DNA of 64,000 nucleotides from Bacteroidales bacterium (GTDB lineage Bacteria; Bacteroidota; Bacteroidia; Bacteroidales; UBA932): NCBI GenBank assembly GCA_017553405.1, contig JAFZME010000118.1, positions 18,250 to 82,249 of the forward strand, read 5' to 3'. Shown piece by piece: positions 9,344 to 19,400 of this stretch (position 1 is its first letter; each line of letters starts with the position of its first letter). The notes under the pieces were generated by a model. It saw only the letters and a program-made list of their open reading frames with translations, ran no database searches and was not told where the DNA came from. The position numbers and the translations under genes were made by a program.

Positions 9344-11773
9344 ATGAAAAAGATATTTTCACTTATATTGCCCGTGATGATGGCGATGATGTGCGCCTGC
9401 GGGGAGAAGACGAAAGAGGTTCCCGGTCCGGCTCTCAACGTCGACAAGACCACCGAATCATTTGTTGCTCTCGGCGGGATGAAATCTTTCTCCATCATTT
9501 CTTCGACCGACTGGCTCGCCCGTTCATCCGCAAGCTGGCTCAAAATCCTGACCGCCTCCGGCAAGGGCAGCAACGAGGCCTCGACGCTTAACGTCCAGGC
9601 CGAGGAGAACAGGACCACCTCGGAGCGCACCGCCACCATTACCGTCACCAATCTCGGCAAAGAGACTGTCACGATCGACGTGACGCAGGCGGCAGGAGAC
9701 GGCGGCAGCACCTCCGACAGAGGCATCAACAATGCCGAAGACCTTGTCGGATTCGCCAAGGCCGTCAACGGAGAAGGCCCAATTGCCCAATATATGGTGG
9801 ACGGAGTCGTCAAGATCAACAAGGATATCGACTGCTCATCCATCACAGAATGGGTACCTGCCGGCACCGAGGCAATGCCGCTCACCTACAACATCGACGG
9901 CAACAACAAAACCCTCAAGAACATCAACTGGAAGATTGACGTGACTGGTTCCGAACATCTCGGATTCATCGGCTACGCCAAGAACGTCACCATCACGAAA
10001 CTCAACTTCGGCTCCGAAGGCAGCAAGGTCGAGTTTACCGGCGACAAGACCGGAAAGATCCGTGCCGGCGCAATTGTCGGATACGGAACAGGACTCCATA
10101 TGGAGAAGGTGACCAACAACGCCGACCTTTCAGTCACAGGGACCACCGGGACAGGCAACAACCTTATCATCGGCGGGCTCGTCGGTTATATGGACAATGC
10201 CAGTTCCATCGGCGGAGATCTCAAGGCTAAAGGCTGCATCAACAACGGTGACGTCACCTTGACTGTAGCCGGCCAGGAAGGCGGTCTTGTGGGATACAAC
10301 TCAGGCACGATCACCAACTGCTCGAACTACGGCACCATCAAGGGCCCTTCCGACGGGACCTACGGCCCCGGCTGGCTCTGCTCTTACAACAACACGAAGG
10401 CAAATGTCACATCCAACTTCGGCTACGGATTTGTCGGGACCACTCCGGCGATGATGTACAATGCGATGATGAACTACGAGACCGGCTACGATCTCGAAGC
10501 CAACACCGTGGACTGGACGCTCGACGCCTACTACGACTGGGAAGAAATCGAAACCAGGCAACTCCACGTAGGTGCGACCTACCACCACTACAAATGCACC
10601 AACGTCCCCCGCCGGATCCACGTGGTTGAAATCGACCTCACGAATCCGGGGATAGAAGTCACGCAGGCATTCGCCGGAGAAATGGTGCCCAACCCCAACG
10701 GCAACGGCAACAACAACAACGGCTTCAAGCTGCGCGAACGTCTTTCCGACGTGTGCGCAAGGCGCCGCAGCGAAGGCCAGAAGATCCTCGCCGGTGTCAA
10801 CAGCTGCTTCTTCGATTCCAACGACGGATTCCCCCGCGGCTTTGTCGTGGAGGAAGGCGAGCCTGCCTTCATCAACAATCCGAGCGTGGTGAGCGCACTG
10901 AGCAACCATATCTGGGGCTTCACCGTGTTCACGGACGGGACCGCTTCCTGCGGAGTCAAGAAGTTCAGCGGGAAGATGAAGGCCGGAGGAAAGGAATACA
11001 CCTTCAGTTCTGTCAACGACACGATTCTCCGCCACGCTTCTCCGAACTATCAGGCCAACCTGTTCACGTCGAGATATGTCCGGCAGCCTTACTCTTCTTC
11101 GCCAAGCCTCATAAATGACCTGGCCAAGAATGTCTTATATATAGTGTGCGAATACACCGGAAACAATATGACCGTCAATACGGGCTATGCGGCCGCCACC
11201 GTCGTGGAAATCCGCGACGGCAGGACAACGGCCCTGACGAACCTCCCCTATCAGACGTCGAAGAAACGCGTTGTTATCGCGATGTCCGGCGATATGGCCT
11301 CCGAATGGAGCACATTCATACAAACCGGCTCCACGGTGGAGTTCAAGTGCGATATCTCCATCGACAACGACGCATCCAAGCCGATCTACACGCTCAACTC
11401 CACGATGTACCTTCTGATGAACAACGGCCTGGACGGTTCCGATTCGCCCGGCACGTCATCATCCCTGTACACCAAGTACGACCCGAAGACCTTCCCTGTA
11501 GTGAGCCAGGACCGCACCAAGGTCTGGCTCGTGGAAGTCGACGGCCGTCAGGTGGACAGCGGCTGGTATTCTCTCGGTGTCAAAGGCTACGAGATGTATC
11601 GCATCGCCAAAAAACTCGGCGGCTGGTGGATGACCGGTATGGACGGAGGCGGCTCTTCGGCCATCTGGATCTATAACGCCTCCACCGGCAGCGGAGGCCT
11701 CGTCAACAAGCCCAGCGACTCCAAGGGAGAACGCAGCGATATGACCTACATTTTGTTAAGAGTAAAAGAATGA
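9344..11773 (+). CDS. Lipoprotein: BACON + beta-helix repeat + phosphodiester glycosidase (NAGPA) domain with insertion
   Basis: MKKIFSL...MCAC lipobox (alternative start 9332); BACON WLARSSASWL...ERTATITV; INNAEDLVGFAKAVN beta-helix cap; LAGVNSCFF, YDPKTF, LVEVDGRQ, GMDGGGSSA. Confidence 0.8.
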   Translation: MKKIFSLILPVMMAMMCACGEKTKEVPGPALNVDKTTESFVALGGMKSFSIISSTDWLARSSASWLKILTASGKGSNEASTLNVQAEENRTTSERTATITVTNLGKETVTIDVTQAAGDGGSTSDRGINNAEDLVGFAKAVNGEGPIAQYMVDGVVKINKDIDCSSITEWVPAGTEAMPLTYNIDGNNKTLKNINWKIDVTGSEHLGFIGYAKNVTITKLNFGSEGSKVEFTGDKTGKIRAGAIVGYGTGLHMEKVTNNADLSVTGTTGTGNNLIIGGLVGYMDNASSIGGDLKAKGCINNGDVTLTVAGQEGGLVGYNSGTITNCSNYGTIKGPSDGTYGPGWLCSYNNTKANVTSNFGYGFVGTTPAMMYNAMMNYETGYDLEANTVDWTLDAYYDWEEIETRQLHVGATYHHYKCTNVPRRIHVVEIDLTNPGIEVTQAFAGEMVPNPNGNGNNNNGFKLRERLSDVCARRRSEGQKILAGVNSCFFDSNDGFPRGFVVEEGEPAFINNPSVVSALSNHIWGFTVFTDGTASCGVKKFSGKMKAGGKEYTFSSVNDTILRHASPNYQANLFTSRYVRQPYSSSPSLINDLAKNVLYIVCEYTGNNMTVNTGYAAATVVEIRDGRTTALTNLPYQTSKKRVVIAMSGDMASEWSTFIQTGSTVEFKCDISIDNDASKPIYTLNSTMYLLMNNGLDGSDSPGTSSSLYTKYDPKTFPVVSQDRTKVWLVEVDGRQVDSGWYSLGVKGYEMYRIAKKLGGWWMTGMDGGGSSAIWIYNASTGSGGLVNKPSDSKGERSDMTYILLRVKE

Positions 11774-13467
11774 ATACCGATATGAAAACATTTCGTTCCA
11801 TAACCCTAGCACTTCTTGCCGGAGCGGTGATGGCGATGTCCTGCAAAAATGCGGAAGAGACGGTCTGCACCATTACGGCAGACAGACTGTCCATTCTGGA
11901 AGTCGCCGCCAACAACCCGGGAGAGGAAGCCCTGATCATCACGACCGACGCGCCGTACTGGATCGTGACGACTCCGGACTGGGTAACCCCCAGCGCCAGG
12001 CACGGCGTAGGAGGCGGGAAGAGCCAGATCGTCACCTTCACAATCGCCAACAACTACAAGAATGACGCGACGACCACTTATGCCCGCAGCGGAGAAATCA
12101 AATTCTCAGGCGGTATGACTTCGCTCATCATTCCCATCTCCCAGCTTGGCCACGAGGCCTACATCGACCCGAGCCTGAGCATCGGCGGCATCCCCAGTCT
12201 CGACGAATTCCTCGACTTCGTGGAAGCCGTCAATGAGGAGAAATCCCCGATCAGGTGGATGAATTCCAACTTCGAGATCGAGCTCCTGGCCGACATCGAC
12301 CTTTCAAGCGTGACCACGTGGGTTCCTATCGGCAACGTGGAGAAGTCCGGCAACGGCAATAACGCATCCAAGGCCACCGGCCCCGCCTTCAGCGGAGTGT
12401 TCAACGGCGGCGGCCACACCATCCGCGGCTTCAACGCGACCGCAGATGTCGGAGAAGGAGGTTCCTGGGGACTGTTCGGATATCTGGACCACGCAACGGT
12501 CAAGGACCTCAACGTCGAAGCCAACCTCACGCTTACCGCAAGCGGCCAGGCGGACGCCGGTGTCATCGCGGGCACGACCTACTGCTCGACCATCGAGAAC
12601 GTGAAGGTCAACGCCACGATCAACTCGACCGGCACCACCAGCACCAAGCGCTTCGCGGTCGGCGGCATCAGCGGATTTATGTTCAGCGTCTACAACACCG
12701 AAGATGCGACTGCCTACGACAGCTACATCAAGAATTGCGAAGTGACGGCGACGGTCAATATGGACTGCGGCGAATACAACACCGCCAACAATGCCAACTG
12801 CGTGATGTACGGCGGCATAACAGCTTTCGCGACCAATATCAAGGACGACTCCCGCAACCACATCGAAGACTGCGTCAACAACGGCACGATGACGGTCAGA
12901 CTCGGACGCTGCAGCGGCATCGTCCCGACCTGCAACTACGGCACTATCGTCAAGGGCTGCACCAACAACGCATCCCAGGTCAACAGTATCGTCGACGGCC
13001 GTATCGGGCAGATAGTCTGCAACCTGAGCGTCAATTCCGCCATCATCGACTGCGTCAACAACGGCGACCTTACCACGACCGGCACCAGCACGACCGCCGG
13101 CGCCCTTGTCGCCCTGATGGGTGACGACTCCGTCTATATCGAAGGCGGCGAGCGCATTGCCAACACGGCCACCATCCTTGGCCGCAGCTCCACGTACCTT
13201 GGCCTGATCTGTGCCAACCACAACAAGTTCGACCACGTCAGCAACGTCATCCTGAGCGGACATATCGGCCTGTACAAGAGCGACGGCAACCACGAGATGT
13301 ACGCGGTCAATTCTTCCAACATTATGTCGTACATAGGCAGGATCAATTCCGCTTATGCAGACAAGATTACCAACATCACCTATGTGACATCCGGTCCGGA
13401 GCCCGAGACACCGTCGGAAGGCGGCAGCATCTCCGATCTCGACCCGGTTGACGACACTTGGAACTAA
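11770..13467 (+). CDS. Lipoprotein: BACON-like domain + beta-helix repeat domain + acidic C-terminal tail
   Basis: ATGA overlap with the upstream stop (alternative start 11782); lipobox AMSC; TTDAPYWIVTTPDWVT; FSGVFNGGGHTI and repeated xCxNNG motifs; ends GGSISDLDPVDDTWN. Confidence 0.75.
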   Translation: MNTDMKTFRSITLALLAGAVMAMSCKNAEETVCTITADRLSILEVAANNPGEEALIITTDAPYWIVTTPDWVTPSARHGVGGGKSQIVTFTIANNYKNDATTTYARSGEIKFSGGMTSLIIPISQLGHEAYIDPSLSIGGIPSLDEFLDFVEAVNEEKSPIRWMNSNFEIELLADIDLSSVTTWVPIGNVEKSGNGNNASKATGPAFSGVFNGGGHTIRGFNATADVGEGGSWGLFGYLDHATVKDLNVEANLTLTASGQADAGVIAGTTYCSTIENVKVNATINSTGTTSTKRFAVGGISGFMFSVYNTEDATAYDSYIKNCEVTATVNMDCGEYNTANNANCVMYGGITAFATNIKDDSRNHIEDCVNNGTMTVRLGRCSGIVPTCNYGTIVKGCTNNASQVNSIVDGRIGQIVCNLSVNSAIIDCVNNGDLTTTGTSTTAGALVALMGDDSVYIEGGERIANTATILGRSSTYLGLICANHNKFDHVSNVILSGHIGLYKSDGNHEMYAVNSSNIMSYIGRINSAYADKITNITYVTSGPEPETPSEGGSISDLDPVDDTWN

Positions 13468-13481
13468 AAGACAGACAAGCT

Positions 13482-15494
13482 ATGAAAAAGATATCGATAT
13501 TTTTTGCAGTTCTCTGTGCGGCCGTCTTCGCGACCGGCTGTGCAAAAGACGCCGCGAACGCCCCCGGAAGGACCGTTCTCAAAGCGTCTCTGTCTTCCAT
13601 AACAAAGACCGCCATCGAAGGAGTCAAGGTCAGCTGGACCGCCGGTGATGCAATCAAAGTCAACGGTGCCAACTCCTACCCTCTCGAAGAAGGAGGCGCG
13701 ACCGCGACCTTCGAGTTCAGGGCCGCCCTCACGGCGCCCTACAGTGCCGTCTATCCGACATCCATCTATAAGGATGAATCGACGGTGACGCTGCCCCTGC
13801 TGATTAATATGGACACCTTCAGCCTTCCGCTTTCCGGCTACCTCGCCGAAGGCGACGAGATTACCTTCAAGGCTATGACCGCCCTCATAAAACTGTCCAT
13901 CACCGGAGAATCCACGACCACAATCAAGGATATCACCCTGAAGGGACTCGGCGGAGAGCAGCTGAGCGGCGATTTCACCATCAATTATGAGACGGGAGCA
14001 CTCACGGGAGCATCCGAAGCCGAAGCCAACAGGGCTGTAAAGATCAATGTAGGCAAGGCTCTCTCCTCCACGGCGCTCGTCGTCTATATCCCGATTCCGG
14101 CCGGAGAATACTCTTCCGGCTATCAGATCGAAATCCTCGACACGGAAGGCGGCCTTATGCGCAATAACGTCTCGGCGCGCACATTGACTGCCGGCCAGCT
14201 CAGGCAGATGCCGGAGATAGCCTTCGAGCCGAATGTCTCCGACGATCCAAGCATCGGCGGCATTCCGTCCGCCCAGGAGCTCAGGGCCTTCGCCGCCGCC
14301 GTCAACGACGGCCGCTCCATCGCCCGCTGGCTCAACGCCTCCGGCGAAGTGGAACTGCTCAACGACATCGACTGCGCCGACATTACGGACTGGACTCCGA
14401 TAGGCAGTTGTACAATGCCCACCTGGGCCCACAACAACATTGTCACCAGCGGCAACCTGTTCACCGGCACCTTCGACGGCAAGAACCACAGCATCAAGAA
14501 CCTGCACCTCAACTTCACTCCGACGGAAGCCAACGGTGCCTACGGCCTGTTCGGCGGTATAGGGAAAGGCGGCGTGGTGAAGAACATCGTCTTCGACGCT
14601 TCCTGCTCTCTGCACATCGAGACCGGCAAGGCCGGTGTCTTCGGTATGCTGGCCGGTCTGGTCCTTGACGGCGACGTGGACAATGTCAAGAACTATGCGC
14701 CCATCACCGGTGGCGGTACGTCAGCCCTGGCCAACAATGCGGCCGGCGGACGTGTCGCCGTCGGAGGTCTCATCGGCTGGGTCCACGCCACGGATAACGA
14801 CGTCACTATCAGCAATCTCTACAACGCCGGCGCAATCGGCACGTCTTCTGCGGACTTCACCCGTGGCGGAAATGGTGGCAACGGGGCCAACGGCTTCCTG
14901 CTTGGCGGAGTGGTGGGATTCTCATCGAACAACAACAATGAGAAAAAGCAGACGCTTTCCCAGCTGATGAACGACGGCGACATTTATACCAACACAGGCC
15001 GCGCTTCGGGCATCGTCTCCTCAGCCAACCGCTACACTGTCATCAAGGGAGCAGTCAACAATGGAAACATCCTTCATTCCGCAAGCGGCACCTTCCGCCT
15101 TGGCCTTATCACGTGCATAGCTGCCGCGGGAGTCGAACTGGAAGACTGCATCAACTACGGAGAGCTGATTGCACCCGGTGTCGCATCTGCTGCGGGCATC
15201 TGCTGTCTTATCAACGACGACTCAGTCAAGATTACCCGCTGCAAGAGCATTGGCGCCACAATTGTCTGCACCGGTTTTAACACCGACGGCAACTCGGTGA
15301 CCTATGCCGGCGCCCTGTATGGCCAGTGCAATAAGCTGGCGACATTCAGCGGCTGCTCCGTGAGCGGCAAGGTCGGCAAGACGGAGGAGACTCTCCTGAC
15401 CCTGACGGCGGAAAATTACTTCCCGTTTGTCGGACAAGCCAACGCCAACAACACGACCATCAATTCAACCAATATCACCTTCTTTACAGAATGA
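13482..15494 (+). CDS. Lipoprotein: fimbrillin-like N-terminal domain + beta-helix repeat domain
   Basis: Lipobox ATGC; TKTAIEGVKVSWTAGDAIKV, YSAVYP and FKAMTALIKLSI are typical of Bacteroidales fimbrillin-like domains; C-terminal FTGTFDGKNHSIKNL repeats. Confidence 0.7.
   Translation: MKKISIFFAVLCAAVFATGCAKDAANAPGRTVLKASLSSITKTAIEGVKVSWTAGDAIKVNGANSYPLEEGGATATFEFRAALTAPYSAVYPTSIYKDESTVTLPLLINMDTFSLPLSGYLAEGDEITFKAMTALIKLSITGESTTTIKDITLKGLGGEQLSGDFTINYETGALTGASEAEANRAVKINVGKALSSTALVVYIPIPAGEYSSGYQIEILDTEGGLMRNNVSARTLTAGQLRQMPEIAFEPNVSDDPSIGGIPSAQELRAFAAAVNDGRSIARWLNASGEVELLNDIDCADITDWTPIGSCTMPTWAHNNIVTSGNLFTGTFDGKNHSIKNLHLNFTPTEANGAYGLFGGIGKGGVVKNIVFDASCSLHIETGKAGVFGMLAGLVLDGDVDNVKNYAPITGGGTSALANNAAGGRVAVGGLIGWVHATDNDVTISNLYNAGAIGTSSADFTRGGNGGNGANGFLLGGVVGFSSNNNNEKKQTLSQLMNDGDIYTNTGRASGIVSSANRYTVIKGAVNNGNILHSASGTFRLGLITCIAAAGVELEDCINYGELIAPGVASAAGICCLINDDSVKITRCKSIGATIVCTGFNTDGNSVTYAGALYGQCNKLATFSGCSVSGKVGKTEETLLTLTAENYFPFVGQANANNTTINSTNITFFTE
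14260..15494 (+). repeat. Beta-helix module repeated at ~18690..19917 (+) and ~44530..45780 (-)
   Basis: Shared peptides such as LANNAAGGRVAVGGLIGWVHA and GATIVCTGFNT.GNSVTYAGAL; boundaries approximate. Confidence 0.8.
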
Positions 15495-16453
15495 AAAAGA
15501 TTTTCATACTTACCCTGATGCTGCTTTCCCTTTCCTTCCTTGCCGGAGGGAAGGGGAAAGAACTCAAGGTGTTCTACTGGAACATCCAGAACGGGATGTG
15601 GCACGACCAGGGCAACAACTACGACGGATTCGTGGACTACGTGAAGAGTCTCGACCCGGACATCTGCGTCTGGTGCGAGGCCGAGTCGCGCTACGTGACC
15701 GACACCTGCTCCAAGCTGAAAATGCCCGAAGAGCAATATCTTCCCTGGAACTGGGACATCCTCGCGGCCAGGTACGGGCATCAGTATGTCCTTATCGGCG
15801 GCAAGCGTGACACATTCCCGCAGGTCATCACCTCGAAGTATCCGCTCCGCATCGTCAAGCGCATAACGGGCAACGGCGACGACATCATAGTCGCCCACGG
15901 CGCCGGATGGGCCCAAGTCGACCTCGGCAAGGGCAAGGAAATCAATATAGTGACAGTCCACACCTGGCCTCACGGCTATACCTACAAGGCAGAGGACAGG
16001 GAAGCCAGCAAAGCGGAAAGGGGCGGCGACTACTTCAGGGCCACCGAGATCAAGTACATCTGCGAGCAGACAATCGAGTCCGTCCCCGGCGCGGAAAATC
16101 AGTACTGGATGATGATGGGAGACTTCAACTCGATATCCTCCGTGGACAATTACCACTACGAAATAGATCCGGCGGATCCCAAATTCCTCGTCCACGACTA
16201 TGTGCACAGCCACACGCCGTATATCGACGTTATCGAAAAACAATATCCGGGCGATTTCCAGTCGAGCACTTTCGGCGGAAGGCGCATAGATTATATGTAT
16301 CTCACGCCCGCACTTTATAAGAAACTGACCTCCGCCAGGATCGTCCGCGACGGCTATGCCACCTCCACCAGGGATCCCCGCGGCAAGGCCGTCGGCAATT
16401 TCTGCCATCCTTCTGACCACTATCCGATACTTATAACACTGAAACTGAAATGA
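15491..16453 (+). CDS. Endonuclease/exonuclease/phosphatase (EEP) family hydrolase, secreted
   Basis: Signal peptide; WNIQNG, DPDICVWCEA, MGDFNS, RIDYMY, PSDHYPI motifs; ATGA overlaps at both ends. Confidence 0.9.
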   Translation: MKKIFILTLMLLSLSFLAGGKGKELKVFYWNIQNGMWHDQGNNYDGFVDYVKSLDPDICVWCEAESRYVTDTCSKLKMPEEQYLPWNWDILAARYGHQYVLIGGKRDTFPQVITSKYPLRIVKRITGNGDDIIVAHGAGWAQVDLGKGKEINIVTVHTWPHGYTYKAEDREASKAERGGDYFRATEIKYICEQTIESVPGAENQYWMMMGDFNSISSVDNYHYEIDPADPKFLVHDYVHSHTPYIDVIEKQYPGDFQSSTFGGRRIDYMYLTPALYKKLTSARIVRDGYATSTRDPRGKAVGNFCHPSDHYPILITLKLK

Positions 16454-19400
16454 AAAAGATTTTATTCCTTATCTCAACCATTGCGGCCCTCACGCTCACC
16501 GGCTGCAAGCAGGAGCCCGTTCCCGAGGAACCGGGAGGAAACGATGACCCTGTAGGCCCTGTAGACCCTGTCGTCCCTGACGGCCCGGGCATCAAGTCGG
16601 CCGAAGACTTCATCGCCTTCGCCTCCGCCGTCAATGCTGGCGAATCCACCGCAGAGTGGGAGAACGAAGAAGGCTGGATCAACCTTCTCGCCGACATCGA
16701 CTTCGACGGAGTCACAGAGTGGACTCCCGTCGGACACGTGACCGCGCCGTGGGCCGATTACAATCCCGTAGTGACTGACGGCCATCCGTTCACGGGAAAA
16801 TTCGACGGCAATGCACATCATATCAAGAACCTCAAACTGACCTGCGCCGAAACTGTGGCCGGGAAGCATTTCGGCCTCTTCGGCTACCTTGGCCCCGGAG
16901 CCGTCGTGCAGAACTTCGTCATAGATGACAACTGCTCGCTGACGGTTACCACCTCCGTCTCATTGAGCGCCGGCGTCGTGGCAGGCGTATTGTATGACGC
17001 GACGGTCCGCGACGTGACGTCCAGCGCCCCGATGACCTACCAGGGCGGAGCGACCGGCTACCTGCATATGGCCATTATAGGAGGCATCTATGCCAAGGAT
17101 GAAGGCTGTACGGTGGACAGCGTGCACAACTACGGCAAAATGACCGTGGAAAATACCGCCAACCTCAATGCGGGCGCCACGGGCATCCATTGCGCCGGCA
17201 TCGTCGGCTTCACGAACGCTCCTACCGGAAACGAAAAACGCAACCGTATCGCGGAATGCAACAATTACGGTGAAATGGTCTCCCAGGCAGGCCGCCAGGC
17301 AGGCATCGTCGGCGCTGCCAATGCCTGCACCGACATCATCAGCTGCGAGAACCGCGGCAACCAGACTAACTCGATGAACAAGAACGACGGAACGCGTCTG
17401 GGAAATATCTGCTGCTTCACGACAAACGACTCTTCCATCAAGAACTGCAAGAATTACGGCAACCTGATTTCTACAAAAGGCGGCCGCGTAGGCGGTATCG
17501 TTTCGCTTCCGAATGCCGGTTCTTACGAGAACAACGAGAACTACGGAGAGATTATTTCCGACAGCGACTACCGTGGCGTATTCTGGGGCTATGTCACCCA
17601 GGCTGCCGCTTGGGAAGGAGGCAAGGCCTCAGGCAAGGTCGGAAAATACAATAACGGCGAATATCAGTATGACGTCTATCCCGAGAGTGACAAAGTCAAA
17701 TATCTCGGCAAGGACGGCTCCAGCGGGAAATGCACGGTCACGAACGTCACTATAGACATCGCGACCGGCGACACCCCGATCAATCCTGATCCAGATCTCG
17801 ACGTCACTGCAGATTTCCGTATTTTCTTTATCGGAAACTCCTTCACAATGGATGCTGTCACGCATCTGCCCAAGATCCTTGAAGCCGCAGGCCTCGACAA
17901 GATCCAGATGGTCCATATGTATTATGGCGGGCGTACCATTCCGGAATACAATAACGGATGGAGCACTTCGACTGATTATCACTGCTACGTATGCAATCCT
18001 GGCGAAACCAGCTGGACTGATGTCTCCGGAAAGAGCCTGGCGACAATTGCCGCGACCGGCAAATGGGACATCGTCACCATCCAGGAGCACACCGGGCGCG
18101 AACTCGCCTGGGGATGGACCACCACCGAAAAGGCGGCCGTCCAAGGACTCGTGGATAAGGTGAAGGCCGCTCAGACGGCAAATGGCGGCGACCCGAAACT
18201 TTATTACATTCTCTCACAGGCCTACCACGACCTGAGCAAGGCGCAGAATGTCACCAAGCCCTTCGCCACCACCGATGAGATGTGGACGATCATCGCCGCC
18301 CAGGGCAGGAGCGCAGTGGAGGAATGCGGATTCGATGGCGTCATCTCGACCGGAGCGATGCTCCAGAATCTCCGGACTTCCGGCCTCAACAATTCCCTCG
18401 GACTGACCCGCGACGGTTATCATATGGACTATGGTATAGCCCGCTACGGCGCTTCCTGCACTGTGTTCGAGACAGTTATCGGCCCGTTCAACGGCAACGT
18501 AAAACTCGACGGCAATACTTTCCGCACTGCCGGCGATTCGGAAGGCACCACAGCCATCACCGATGCACGCGCCCCCATCGCCCTCAAAGCCGCCCGCTAC
18601 GCGATTGCGAAGCCCTATGAGGTGACCGATATGGAAGGCGAAGGCGGAGACGGACCTGACGTCCCGGTGGAAGGGGAAACCATCTCAATTTCCAATGCCT
18701 CCGAACTCGTGACGTTCGCCACCCGTGTAAACAGCGGTGACGAAGCGGCCGCCAAGGCGACCGTTACGCTCACGGCCGACATCGACTGCTCGTCAATCAC
18801 ATCCTGGACTCCGATAGGCAATTGCACCTTAGCCTCCGGCTGGGCACACAACAGCGTCTCCCCTACCGGGATGCTCTTTACCGGCACCTTCGACGGGCAG
18901 AACCATTCCATAAAGAACCTGCACCTGGATTTTGCCCCGACGGACGGTAATGGAACCTTTGGCCTGTTCGGCGGCATCGGCCCCGACGCCGTAGTAAAGA
19001 ATCTTGTCTTTGACGCCTCCTCGTCTATGAATATAGCGACGGCTAAGGCCGGTGTCTTCGGTATGCTTGCCGGACTGGTGCTGGACGCAACCGTCGACAA
19101 TGTCAAGAACTACGCTCCCCTTACGGGAGGCGGCACATCCGGGCTTGCCAATAATGCTGCCGGCGGACGCGTCGCCGTCGGAGGCCTCATCGGCTGGGTA
19201 CACGCGTCAACAAAAGACATCACCGTCAGCAATCTCCTTAACGCCGGCCCGATCGGCACGTCTTCGGCGGAGTTTACCCGCGGCGGCAATGGGGGCAATG
19301 GTGCCAACGGCTTTATGCTCGGCGGCCTCGTCGGCTTCTCTTCGAACAATAACAACACAAAGAAAGTGACCTTATTGAATCTGAAGAATGAAGCCGACAT

